This document shows positions 38,417-47,934 of a DNA stretch of 64,000 nt, piece after piece; the stretch's first letter is position 1; every line of letters begins with the position of its first letter. Origin of the DNA: an uncultured Thermoanaerobaculia bacterium (lineage in GTDB: Bacteria > Acidobacteriota > Thermoanaerobaculia > Multivoradales > JAGPDF01); assembly GCA_964476605.1 (NCBI GenBank), contig CAYZBH010000012.1:3869-67868 (forward strand), written 5' to 3'. The translations under genes were made by a program, and so were the position numbers. Under the pieces are notes generated by a model. It was not told the DNA's origin. It did not search any database and worked only from the letters and a program-made list of their open reading frames with translations.

Positions 38417-39080
38417 TCCGGAGCCGACGGCCGAGGACCAAGCCTACTTCGCGCAGGTGGAGAGCGCGTTCCTCCGCCTGCGAGGGCGCGCGACCCTGCT
38501 CTCGGCGGCCGATTGGCAGACCGCCGCAGGGTGGCGCCGTCGCGGGATTCCCATCGGCCTCGTCGTTCAGGTCATGGAGACGCTCTTCGCCCGACGCGCG
38601 GCGCGCAAGCAGCGGACGATCTCGAGCCTCCGCTACTTCTCGGCCGCCGTGGAAGGGGCCTGGGAAGAGGTCGTGGAGTTGCAGGCCGGGGGGCGCCTGG
38701 CGCCGCCCGCTCCGCTAGCGATCGAAGATCGTCTGGCGCGCCTCGCCGCCGCGCTGCCCGAAGGGCTTGCGGATCGCACGGCCTGGGAGGCGCGCATCGC
38801 GCGTGCTGCGGGGGAGCTGCCGGAGATCGAAGCGAGCCTCGCGCGCTGGGACGGGGAGATCCTGTTGGAGCTCGACCGGCGGCTCACGCAGGACGAGCGC
38901 CAGCAGATCGAGATCGCGGTGGCGGAGGCCTTGGGGCGCTTGCGGGCACGCTGGACGGACGAGGAGGTGTCGGAAGCGGAGGCGGGGATCCGGAGACGGC
39001 TGCTCCGCCGACACTTCGGCCTGCCCCTGCTCTCGCTCTTCGCTCCCGAGGCCGAAGGGAGGAAGGACTCCCCTCCCTGA
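38397..39080 (+). CDS. hypothetical protein (227 aa, Ala/Arg/Glu-rich, helical)
   Basis: ATG start. GC3 ~85% in the first 90 codons checked. No recognisable motif. Confidence 0.5.
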   Translation: MSATGADPEPTAEDQAYFAQVESAFLRLRGRATLLSAADWQTAAGWRRRGIPIGLVVQVMETLFARRAARKQRTISSLRYFSAAVEGAWEEVVELQAGGRLAPPAPLAIEDRLARLAAALPEGLADRTAWEARIARAAGELPEIEASLARWDGEILLELDRRLTQDERQQIEIAVAEALGRLRARWTDEEVSEAEAGIRRRLLRRHFGLPLLSLFAPEAEGRKDSPP

Positions 39081-39117
39081 AGCAAGGTAGACGCTGGGCG
39101 CCGCGTCTTCTCGGAGG

Positions 39118-41379
39118 ATGCGGCGCCTCCGAGCTCCGGCAGCTCCCCCCGCGATGGCGCTGCTCGCGGGGGCACTGCTCGCACCTCGACTCGACTACTT
39201 GCCGATCGGCGCGCTCGCCGGAGCGATGGCTCTCGCCGTCTGCCTGGGGTGGCGACGCGGTGCCGTCCTCGCAGCCGCGCTCTGCGGCCTGCTCGCCGGC
39301 GCGCTCGACGGCGCGACTCCGCGCGCCCTGGAATCCCTCGATCCAGAGCGGCCGGTGGAAGCCCGTGGACTGGTCTCCACGCCCTGCCGCGAGATGCCCA
39401 CGGGACGCACCTGCCGGCTGGCGCTCGAAAGTGTGGCGCAAGGCGCCTTGATCGTCGTGACGCGCGCCGAAGTCGCGCTCGATCTGGGAGGTGTCGGACC
39501 TTCGCCCCCGTACGGGAGCACCCTCCGCGTGCGGGCCTTCCTCACCCGCGCCGCCGGCTACTTCAACGAGGACCCGTCGCCTCCAGGCCGATTCCGCCTC
39601 CGCTGCAAGTCGACGGCGCTGGTCCTGCGGGAAGGCTCTCCGGGGTGGGGAGCGAGCCTCCTGGAGCGGGCGTATCGGGCCGTGCGCGCGCCGTTCGACG
39701 GCGCAGCGAGGCGCCACCCTGGCGTCGAGCTCGTGCGGGGGATCGTCCTGGGCGAAGTCGAAGGGCTGAGTCCCGGGCTCCTGAGCGCTTTCCGCCGTCT
39801 GGGGCTGGCCCATCTGCTCGCCGTCTCGGGAATGAACGTCGGGATCTTCGCCGGTCTCGCTCTGGCCACGGCGAGCTGGGCCCGGCGTGGTTGGCGACTG
39901 CTCGCCGCGACGATCGTGGTGCTGCTCCATCTCGTCCTGGTGGGTCCGGTCCCGTCTCTCGCGCGGGCCACGGTCATGTGTCTCCTGATGCTCGGCGGCC
40001 GTGCGGTCGGAAGGGCCTCGAGCTCCGCTCAGGGTCTCGCGCTCGCGGTTGCGTTTCTGGTCGTCGCGGATCCGAGCATCGCGGCGGACGTCGGGTTTCA
40101 GCTCTCCTGCGCGGCGACCGCCGGTCTGATCGGCGGCACGCCGTGGCTGCTTCGCAATTGGCGGCGGCGGGGCGCCATGGCCACGGCGCTCGCGGCCTCG
40201 CTCGCCGCGCAGGCGGCCACGCTGCCGATCGGGCTCGGCACGTTCTCCACCGTGGCGCCGCTCGCGCCGCTTCTCAACCTGGTGGCGGTGCCGCTCGCCG
40301 CCCTGCTGGCCGCTCTGGGGCTCGTCTGGCTGCTCCTGGGACTGGTGGTGCCCGATCTTGCGTCCAGGCTCGCGGTCGCGTTGGATCTGCTCGCCTGGCC
40401 TCTGAGTGCGGCGTCTCACCTACCCGCCGGGTCGTGGCTCGCCCTGCCACTTCCCCCGTCCTACCTGCTCGGGACGGGGATCGCTCTCCTGGCGATCTTC
40501 GCGGTCAGCCGGGCCGGTCGGGCCCGCGTGGCTCTGCTCGCGGGGCTCCTCCTGGCGGCGTCTCCCCGAGCGACGAATTCGATACGGGAGCCGTTCGAGC
40601 TGGTGGCCCCCGACGTCGGCCAAGGTCAGGGGATCCTCCTGCGACAGGGTCGGCGGGCCGTGCTCGTCGATGGGGGGGGCGCCCTCGGCCGCGACCTCGC
40701 GGTCCAGGTCTGGCTACCCTTGCTCGCGCGGCGCGGCCTCGGAAGTTTGGACGCGCTCGTCGTGTCGCACCCGGACCTCGACCACTGCGGCGGCCTGATC
40801 GACGTGGCCGCCTACCTGCCAGTGGGGGAGATCTGGTCGGCCGCTCCCGCGGCCGAATCCGACTGCCTCCGCCGCCTCGGCGAGCTCTCCGGCGCCACGC
40901 GACGCGTCCTGGAGCCGGGCGATGTTCGACGCCTCGGGGGCATCACCCTACACACCCTAGCGCCGAGCACCGCCGGGGTTGGGAGCGACAACGACCTCTC
41001 CCTCGTTCTCATGGTCGAGGCGGGAGGGCGCCGCATCCTCCTGCCGGGCGACATCGAACGTGCGGGAGAAACCCGCTTGGTGGCGGAGCATGCCGGGCGC
41101 CTGCGTTGCGACCTGCTCCTCGTCCCTCACCATGGTGGCAAGCGCTCTGGCGGTCGCGCCCTGCTCGGGGCCGCCTCTCCCCGCATCGCATGGATCGCAG
41201 CGGGACGCCGCAATCGGTTCGGCCACCCGGCTCGGGAAACGCTGGCGCGGCTGGCGGAGGCTCCCGGACGACTGATCCTGTCGACGGCGCGAGACGGGGA
41301 GCTGGTGGCGCGCTGGGCGGAAGGCTCGGCCTTCGGCCTCGAGTTGCCCGCCTCTTCCCTCGCGGTCCGCGATCGATGA
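39118..41379 (+). CDS. comEC: DNA internalisation-related competence protein ComEC/Rec2 (with C-terminal metallo-beta-lactamase domain)
   Basis: Multi-transmembrane competence domain 'LGLAHLLAVSGMNVGI'. C-terminal 'VLVDGGG', 'LVVSHPDLDHCGGL', 'LLVPHHG' metallo-beta-lactamase motifs. Confidence 0.85.
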   Translation: MRRLRAPAAPPAMALLAGALLAPRLDYLPIGALAGAMALAVCLGWRRGAVLAAALCGLLAGALDGATPRALESLDPERPVEARGLVSTPCREMPTGRTCRLALESVAQGALIVVTRAEVALDLGGVGPSPPYGSTLRVRAFLTRAAGYFNEDPSPPGRFRLRCKSTALVLREGSPGWGASLLERAYRAVRAPFDGAARRHPGVELVRGIVLGEVEGLSPGLLSAFRRLGLAHLLAVSGMNVGIFAGLALATASWARRGWRLLAATIVVLLHLVLVGPVPSLARATVMCLLMLGGRAVGRASSSAQGLALAVAFLVVADPSIAADVGFQLSCAATAGLIGGTPWLLRNWRRRGAMATALAASLAAQAATLPIGLGTFSTVAPLAPLLNLVAVPLAALLAALGLVWLLLGLVVPDLASRLAVALDLLAWPLSAASHLPAGSWLALPLPPSYLLGTGIALLAIFAVSRAGRARVALLAGLLLAASPRATNSIREPFELVAPDVGQGQGILLRQGRRAVLVDGGGALGRDLAVQVWLPLLARRGLGSLDALVVSHPDLDHCGGLIDVAAYLPVGEIWSAAPAAESDCLRRLGELSGATRRVLEPGDVRRLGGITLHTLAPSTAGVGSDNDLSLVLMVEAGGRRILLPGDIERAGETRLVAEHAGRLRCDLLLVPHHGGKRSGGRALLGAASPRIAWIAAGRRNRFGHPARETLARLAEAPGRLILSTARDGELVARWAEGSAFGLELPASSLAVRDR

Positions 41380-42350
41380 ACGCCCGGCGATCCCGGGCTA
41401 GACTCGCGCCGGTGACGACTTCGGTAGTGGCGATCGTGGGAGCGACCGCGACCGGCAAGAGCGCCCTCGCCATGCGCCTCGCCGCGGCGCTGGACGGCGA
41501 GATCGTCAACGCGGACGCCCTGCAGGTCTATCGCGGCTTCGATCTCGGAACCGCGAAGCCGTCGCGCGCGGACCGGAACCGCATTCCTCACCACCTGATC
41601 GACATTCTGGAACCCGGCGAGACCTACTCCGCGGGCGAATTCGCCCGCCGAGCGGATCTCTCCGTGCGAGAGATCCGGGAACGGGGGAGACGGGCGATCC
41701 TGGTCGGCGGCAGCGGCCTCTACCTGAAGGCGCTCCGAGCGGGGATCGCCGCGATCCCGCCCGTCGATGCGGGCGTTCGCGACGAGTTGGAGTCGTGGCG
41801 CGCGAAGTCGGGTCTCGCCGCCCTGCGCGCGGAGCTCGCGCGCGTCGATCCGGCGACCGCGGCGCGTCTCGCGGCGGGAGACACGCAGCGGACGCTGCGC
41901 GCGCTCGAGGTCTTTCGCGCGACGGGAGTCCCTCTCTCGCGCTGGATCGCCAGCCAGCCCTTCGGCTCCGCGCCTCCGGTGCGCATCGAGCGGATTATCG
42001 GATTGACGCTTCCTCGCGCCGTTCTGTACGATCGCATCACGTCCCGGGCGCGCGCGATGCTGGGTGCGGGCTGGCTCGAAGAAGTGAGGTCGCTGCTCGA
42101 TGCGGGGGTGGTTCCGAGCGCTCCGGCCTTCCAGGCGATCGGCTATCGCCACCTCGCCGAGGTCGTGGCGGGCAGGGCGACACTGGAGGAAGCGACCTCG
42201 GCTCTGATTCGGGCGACGCGGCAGTTCGCGAAGCGGCAGGAGACGTGGTTCCGACGCGAATCGGACATCGAATGGTGGGATGCGGACTCGCTCGAGCGGG
42301 AGCTACCTTCCATCGTGGAGATGATCGGCGCGCCAGCCGCCGGAGGGTGA
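41376..42350 (+). CDS. miaA: tRNA dimethylallyltransferase
   Basis: ATG overlapping the comEC stop (ATGA). P-loop 'VAIVGATATGKSALA', 'NADALQVYRGFDLGTAKP', 'PHHLID'. miaA-hfq synteny. Confidence 0.9.
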   Translation: MNARRSRARLAPVTTSVVAIVGATATGKSALAMRLAAALDGEIVNADALQVYRGFDLGTAKPSRADRNRIPHHLIDILEPGETYSAGEFARRADLSVREIRERGRRAILVGGSGLYLKALRAGIAAIPPVDAGVRDELESWRAKSGLAALRAELARVDPATAARLAAGDTQRTLRALEVFRATGVPLSRWIASQPFGSAPPVRIERIIGLTLPRAVLYDRITSRARAMLGAGWLEEVRSLLDAGVVPSAPAFQAIGYRHLAEVVAGRATLEEATSALIRATRQFAKRQETWFRRESDIEWWDADSLERELPSIVEMIGAPAAGG

Positions 42351-42351
42351 G

Positions 42352-42561
42352 ATGAACAAGCCGAGCATCAACATCCAGGATGGATTCCTGTTTCAGAGTC
42401 TCAAGGACGGACGCGCCATGGCGCTGGAGCTGGTGACCGGCAAGCGGCTGGAAGGGAAGATACGCCGCTTCGATCGCTTCGCCGTGGTGGTCGAAACGGG
42501 CGGTCGGGAGACTCTGGTCTACAAGCACGCGATCGCCACGATTGCCCACGCCGAGGGGTGA
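42352..42561 (+). CDS. hfq: RNA chaperone Hfq
   Basis: 69 aa. 'IQDGFLFQSLKDGRAMALELVTGKRLEGKIRRFDRFAVVVE...LVYKHAIATI' Sm1/Sm2 motifs. Confidence 0.95.
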   Translation: MNKPSINIQDGFLFQSLKDGRAMALELVTGKRLEGKIRRFDRFAVVVETGGRETLVYKHAIATIAHAEG

Positions 42562-42571
42562 CCTTCCGGTC

Positions 42572-43903
42572 GTGTTGACATCTGCGCGCCGCCTTGCGGA
42601 GGTCGCGTCGCTGCTCGTCGCGATCGCGTTGGTGGGGTGCGCTTCCTCGCCACGGGTCGAGCCGAGGCCGACCCCCTTGGCGCGGGATCTCGCCGACTTC
42701 CTGCTCGACCCGCTTTCCGACTGCGAGGGGGCTCTGGACGCGCTCGATCGCGACGCGCTGCTGCGCGCGTATCAGGACCTGCTGGCGGGCGGGAGCGCCG
42801 CCGCGGTCGAAGCGGTGGCGACGCGGGTCCTGGCCGCGGCACCTGGCTCCCACGCCGCCCTCGTACTCGGAGGTCAGGCGCGTCTCGTCGCGGGCAGAGC
42901 CCAGGAGGTCCTGCGAGAGCTCGCGCCTCCCCGAGGGGAGCCCGAGACTTGCCTGCCGCTCCGCGCTCTTCGGGCGCGTGCTCTGGAGAGCGCGGGCGAC
43001 CTGATCGAGGCCTTTGGCGCGTATCTGGATCTTGCCGACGCGCTGCCCGCAGCCACCCTGCGCGCTACAGCCTTGGCGCCGAGAGCCCGCGAGATCGTCC
43101 ACCGCCGTTTCGACGAGGCCCTCCGCGCGGGACGGGTCGACGACGCCGAAGCCGCGCTCTCCAGTCTGACGCGCTGGTGGCCGCGAACCGTCGAGACGCT
43201 CGAGGCCGAGCGTGAGCTGGCCGTGGCGCGCGGCGACGAGGCGCGCGAGCTGGCCGTGCTGCGGTCGCTCCTGGCCGCCGGTGGGGAGAGGCGCGATCTG
43301 GCGCTGCGCCGGGGCGAGTTGGAGCTCACGGTGGGCGACCCGCGAGTCGGCCTCGCGTTGATCGAAGGGATGGCGGCGGCGAGCCCCTCCGATGCGGCTC
43401 TGGCCGAGGCCCTGCGGCGCGCCAAGTTCCAATGGCGGCTCCTCAACGCGCCCGAGTCGGTTCGTCGCATCGCGCGCGCTCCGGCCACCACGCGCGGCGA
43501 CCTCGCGGTGCTGCTCTATTGGCTCGTACCCAAGATCCGCTCCGCCCGACCCGCTTCGGCGCGCATCGCGTCCGACATCCTGGATCATCCCGCGCAGGAC
43601 GAGATCGTCCGGGTCGTGAATCTGGGCCTCATGCCGGTCGACGAAACGCTGCATCGCTTCACGCCGGACGCCTCGTTGCGGCCGCAAGATGCGGTCTCGG
43701 CTCTGCTCGTCCTGCTGGGCGGGGATGCGGGTTGGCCCGCTTGCGCCGGGGGGGCGCGACGGGGGCGCGAAGCACTCTGCCAAGCCGCCATCGACTGTGG
43801 CTTGCTGGCGTCGAGCGACGCCTGTCGAGCCGGCATCACCCCGTCGGGCCGGGACGTGCTCGAGATGCTCCGGCAGGCGCTCGAGCGCATGGTGGGCGAA
43901 TGA
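42572..43903 (+). CDS. predicted lipoprotein with helical/TPR-like repeats, function unknown
   Basis: GTG start. Signal peptide and lipobox 'LLVAIALVGCASS'. Ala/Leu/Arg-rich repeats. C-terminal Cys cluster 'CAGG...CQAAIDCG...DAC'. Confidence 0.6.
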   Translation: MLTSARRLAEVASLLVAIALVGCASSPRVEPRPTPLARDLADFLLDPLSDCEGALDALDRDALLRAYQDLLAGGSAAAVEAVATRVLAAAPGSHAALVLGGQARLVAGRAQEVLRELAPPRGEPETCLPLRALRARALESAGDLIEAFGAYLDLADALPAATLRATALAPRAREIVHRRFDEALRAGRVDDAEAALSSLTRWWPRTVETLEAERELAVARGDEARELAVLRSLLAAGGERRDLALRRGELELTVGDPRVGLALIEGMAAASPSDAALAEALRRAKFQWRLLNAPESVRRIARAPATTRGDLAVLLYWLVPKIRSARPASARIASDILDHPAQDEIVRVVNLGLMPVDETLHRFTPDASLRPQDAVSALLVLLGGDAGWPACAGGARRGREALCQAAIDCGLLASSDACRAGITPSGRDVLEMLRQALERMVGE

Positions 43904-44451
43904 ACCTCACCATCCCCAATCTGCTGTCGATTCTTCGCATGGGATTGATCCCGTGGTTCGTCGTCGCGGTCCTCGACGGCCGTTCTTCACAGGCTCTCTG
44001 GGTGTTCGCCGTAGCGGGAATCACCGACGCGCTCGACGGTTTCATCGCGCGGTTCTGGAAGCAGCAGTCGGTGCTCGGCGCCTACCTCGACCCGATGGCG
44101 GACAAGATGCTCCTGGTGACCGCCTACGTCGTGCTGTCGATTCCAGGCCTCCGCTCCGGGCTCGTGATTCCGTCGTGGGTGACCGCGCTCGTGATCACAC
44201 GCGACGTCGTGATCGTGGCCGTCGCGCTCATCCTCTATCTCGCGCAGGGAGTTTCGCGCTTTCCGCCCACGCCGCTCTCCAAGTTGAACACCGGCACGCA
44301 GGTGGGCGCGGTCATCCTCGTCCTCCTGTCGGCACGCTGGTCGGAGCTCGAGATCTCGGCGACGATCGCCGTCTACCTGGTCGCGTTGTTCACGCTGGGA
44401 TCGGGCATCGAATACATCTACCGCGCGAACCGGATGGGCAGTCGCGCCTGA
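43900..44451 (+). CDS. pgsA: CDP-alcohol phosphatidyltransferase (phosphatidylglycerophosphate synthase type)
   Basis: ATG overlapping the preceding stop (ATGA). 'DALDGFIARFWKQQSVLGAYLDPMADK' is the CDP-OH_P_transferase signature D-G-x2-A-R...G-x3-D-x3-D. Confidence 0.8.
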   Translation: MNLTIPNLLSILRMGLIPWFVVAVLDGRSSQALWVFAVAGITDALDGFIARFWKQQSVLGAYLDPMADKMLLVTAYVVLSIPGLRSGLVIPSWVTALVITRDVVIVAVALILYLAQGVSRFPPTPLSKLNTGTQVGAVILVLLSARWSELEISATIAVYLVALFTLGSGIEYIYRANRMGSRA

Positions 44452-44464
44452 GCGCGGTACCGAG

Positions 44465-47400
44465 ATGGCGGACTTCGTTCACCTTCACCTCCACAGCCAG
44501 TACAGTCTCCTCGACGGAGCCAATCGCCTCGACGACGTGGTGCAAGCGGCGGCGGAAGCGGGCATGCCGGCGCTCGCGCTCACTGACCACGGCAACCTCT
44601 TCGGCGCGATCGAGTTCTACGACCGCGCGAAGAAGGCGGGAATCCGGCCGATCATCGGTATCGAGGCCTATGTCGCACAGGGCTCGATGGCGGAACGCAA
44701 CCCGTCCCGTGGTGGCAGCAATCACCTCGTCCTGCTGGCGCGCAACGAGGTCGGTTATCACAACCTCATCAAGCTCACGACGCGCTCCTATCTCGAGGGT
44801 TTCTACTACAAGCCCCGCATCGACCACGACCTCTTGCGGCGGCACTCCGAGGGCCTGATCGCGCTCTCGGCCTGCCTCAAGGGTGAGATCAACGAGAGCA
44901 TCCTCGCCAACCGGGAAGCGGACGCCGAGGCGACGGCGCGGCTCTACGCCGACGTCTTCGGCTCGGAGAATTTCTTCCTCGAGCTGCAGGACCATGGAAT
45001 CCCGGAGCAGAGAGCCGCGAACGAGATCTTGCGACGTATGGCGGGGAAGCTCGGCCTCGAGACGGTGGTGACCAACGATTGCCACTACCTGAGGAAGGAC
45101 GACGCGTTTGCTCACGACGTCCTGCTCTGCATCGGGACGCAGCGGATGTTGGCGGACGAGGACCGCCTGCGCTACGCGACCGACCAGTTCTACCTCAAGG
45201 ACATCGACGAGCTGTCGCGGCTCTTCCCCGATGACCGACGAGCTCTCGAGAACACGCTGCGGATCGCCGAGCGATGCCAGCTCGAGATTCTCTCGGATAC
45301 CTTCCACCTGCCCGAATTTCCGCTCCCCGAAGGGGAGTCGCTCGATGGGTTCTTCGACCGCATGGCACGCGAGGGGCTGGAGCGCCGCCTGGAGGAGCAG
45401 GCACGGCACGCGAGCGGTGAAGGCGGCGTCGCGCAGGAGACCTACCGCGAGCGTTTGCGATACGAGATCGGAGTCATCCGCGAGATGGGATTCGCGGGCT
45501 ATTTCCTGATCGTCTGGGACTTCATCCGCTTCGCGCGGGAGCAAGGGATTCCGGTTGGTCCGGGAAGGGGCTCGGCGGCAGGATCGCTGGTTTCCTGGGC
45601 GCTTCGCATCACGGACGTGGATCCTCTGCGCTACGGACTTCTCTTCGAGCGTTTCCTGAATCCCGAGCGCATCAGTCTCCCCGACATCGACATCGACTTC
45701 TGCATGCGCCGGCGTGGTGAAGTGATCCAGTACGTGAACGAGAAGTACGGACGCGATCGCGTGGCGCAGATCATCACCTTCGGCACGCTCGCCGCCAAGG
45801 GGGTGCTGCGCGACGTCGGGCGGGTCATGGGCCTTCCGTTCGCGAAGATGGACCGCGTCGCGAAGCTCCTGCCCGACATGACGCGGTCTTTGTCGGAAGC
45901 CGCTCGGACGGTGGACAGCCTGGCTTCGGAGGCGTCCCGAGATCCCGAGATCAAGCGCGTCATCGAGGTCGGGAGCCGGCTCGAGGGCCTCACGCGGCAC
46001 GCCTCGGTGCACGCGGCTGGCGTCGTCATCGCGCCTCGGCCGATCGAGGAGCTCGTCCCCCTCTACAAGACGAACCGGGACGAGATCACCACCCAGTGGG
46101 ACATGAAGGCGGTCGAGCGCCTCGGTCTGCTCAAGATGGACTTCCTGGGCCTGAAGACCGTGACCGTGGTGGACGACACGTTGAGGACGCTTCGGCACCA
46201 GGGCATCGAGCTCGACTTGGACGCGGTGCCCCTCGACGATGCCGAGGTCTTCAGGCTGTTCTGCGAGGGGCGAACGAACGGCATCTTCCAGTTCGAATCG
46301 AGCGGCATGAAGGACATGTTGCGTCGCGCTCAGCCGTCGAGGTTCGAGGAGCTGGCGGCCTTCAACGCCCTCTACCGGCCGGGAGCGCTCTCGGTCGGCA
46401 TGGTCGACGAGTTCATTCAGCGCAAGCAGGGGCGCAAGAAGGTCCAGTACGTTCTTCCGGAGACCCGCCCTTTCCTGGAGGAGACCCACGGCGTCATCGC
46501 CTACCAGGAACAGGTCATGCAGATCGCGGTCGCGGTGGCCGGCTTCACCATGGGGGAAGCCGACGTTCTCCGCAAGGCGATGGGGAAGAAGAAGCCCGAG
46601 GTGATGGCGGAGCAGAAGGAGAAGTTCGTCTCCGGGGCCGCCGCGCGCGGCGTCGCCCGGAAGAAGGCGCAGGAGCTCTGGGAGTACATCGAGCCGTTCG
46701 CCGGCTACGGCTTCAACAAGAGCCACAGCGTGGCCTACGCCATGCTCGCGTACAAGACGGCCTATCTGAAGACGCACCATCCCGTGGCCTTCATGGCGGC
46801 GATGCTCTCCTGCGAGATGGGGGTCACGGACGAGGTCGTCAAGTACATCCTGGAAGCGCGCGAGATGGGCATCCCGGTTCTCGGTCCGGACGTGAACTCG
46901 AGCGAGTGGACCTTCTCGGTGGTGGGCGACGCGATTCGCTACGGTCTCGGCGCGATCAAGGGGATCGGTGAGGCGGCGGGACAGGCCATCCTCGCGGCGC
47001 GCCAGCGGTTGGGCGGATTCCAGAACCTCGCGCAGCTCGTCTGCGAGGTGGATCCCCACGCCGTGAATCAGAAGGTCTTCGAGGCGCTGGTGAAGTCCGG
47101 CGCCTGCGACGGATTCGGAGGGCACCGCGCGGCCGCTCTGGCTGCGCTCGCGCCGCTCGGGGAGCTCGCCCAACGACGCCGCAGGGAGCGGGAAGAAGGA
47201 CAGGGAAGCCTCTTCGGCAGCGAGCCCACGAGCGCGCAGCCCAACCTGCCGACGGTCGAGGTCTGGAGCGAATCGGACCGGCTCCGGCTGGAGAAGGAGG
47301 CGCTCGGCTTCTATCTCTCGGGCAACCCTCTGGTCGAGCACGAGGCGAGACTGCGGCGACTGGTGACCCATACGGCGGCGCAGATTCGTTCCGGATTCCA

Positions 47401-47911
47401 GGGCGCGGCGACGATCGGCGGACTGGTGACGCGCATCTCCCGGAGCAAGATCAAGAGCGGACCGAACGCGGGCCGCGTGATGGGTCGGTTCGTGCTCGAG
47501 GATCTCACCGGGTCGATTCCGGTGACCCTGTTCGCGGATCAGCTCCAGCGCTACGACGGGCTCCTCCACGAGGACGCGGCGCTCCTGGTGAAAGGGCAGA
47601 TCCGGGAGCGCGGCGCCGAGTTCGAGATGAGCGCCGAGGAAGTTTCCTCGATCTCGACCGCTTCCGAGCGGCTCCCTCCGGGTCTCCGCCTGGAGCTCCC
47701 TCGCGAGCTTCCGACCTCGGAGATGGTCCGGCTGCGCGATCTCCTCACGGAGAATCCAGGCGTGTCGGCAGTGGAGTTCGAGATCCGGCTGGACGACGCG
47801 TCGGTGAAGGTGGCGCCGGAGGGGCGGTTCAAGGTCGAGCTCACGGCATCGCTGATGCGCGATCTCGAGCGGATCGTCGGCGCTGGCCGCGTCCATCGCA
47901 TCGAGAGCTGA
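44465..47911 (+). CDS. dnaE: DNA polymerase III alpha subunit
   Basis: 1148 aa. PHP domain 'FVHLHLHSQYSLLDG', palm/fingers 'GRGSAAGSLVSWALRITDVDP', 'PDIDIDF', OB-fold C-terminus. Confidence 0.95.
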   Translation: MADFVHLHLHSQYSLLDGANRLDDVVQAAAEAGMPALALTDHGNLFGAIEFYDRAKKAGIRPIIGIEAYVAQGSMAERNPSRGGSNHLVLLARNEVGYHNLIKLTTRSYLEGFYYKPRIDHDLLRRHSEGLIALSACLKGEINESILANREADAEATARLYADVFGSENFFLELQDHGIPEQRAANEILRRMAGKLGLETVVTNDCHYLRKDDAFAHDVLLCIGTQRMLADEDRLRYATDQFYLKDIDELSRLFPDDRRALENTLRIAERCQLEILSDTFHLPEFPLPEGESLDGFFDRMAREGLERRLEEQARHASGEGGVAQETYRERLRYEIGVIREMGFAGYFLIVWDFIRFAREQGIPVGPGRGSAAGSLVSWALRITDVDPLRYGLLFERFLNPERISLPDIDIDFCMRRRGEVIQYVNEKYGRDRVAQIITFGTLAAKGVLRDVGRVMGLPFAKMDRVAKLLPDMTRSLSEAARTVDSLASEASRDPEIKRVIEVGSRLEGLTRHASVHAAGVVIAPRPIEELVPLYKTNRDEITTQWDMKAVERLGLLKMDFLGLKTVTVVDDTLRTLRHQGIELDLDAVPLDDAEVFRLFCEGRTNGIFQFESSGMKDMLRRAQPSRFEELAAFNALYRPGALSVGMVDEFIQRKQGRKKVQYVLPETRPFLEETHGVIAYQEQVMQIAVAVAGFTMGEADVLRKAMGKKKPEVMAEQKEKFVSGAAARGVARKKAQELWEYIEPFAGYGFNKSHSVAYAMLAYKTAYLKTHHPVAFMAAMLSCEMGVTDEVVKYILEAREMGIPVLGPDVNSSEWTFSVVGDAIRYGLGAIKGIGEAAGQAILAARQRLGGFQNLAQLVCEVDPHAVNQKVFEALVKSGACDGFGGHRAAALAALAPLGELAQRRRREREEGQGSLFGSEPTSAQPNLPTVEVWSESDRLRLEKEALGFYLSGNPLVEHEARLRRLVTHTAAQIRSGFQGAATIGGLVTRISRSKIKSGPNAGRVMGRFVLEDLTGSIPVTLFADQLQRYDGLLHEDAALLVKGQIRERGAEFEMSAEEVSSISTASERLPPGLRLELPRELPTSEMVRLRDLLTENPGVSAVEFEIRLDDASVKVAPEGRFKVELTASLMRDLERIVGAGRVHRIES

Positions 47912-47934
47912 GGCCGGGGAGTAGGATCGACGCG

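Noticed and set aside
39249-42350. 1033-aa plus-strand ORF spanning comEC and miaA
   Set aside because: The first ~700 codons are an out-of-frame read-through of comEC with Arg/Gly/Pro low-complexity translation. Only the part from the ATG at 41376 corresponds to miaA.
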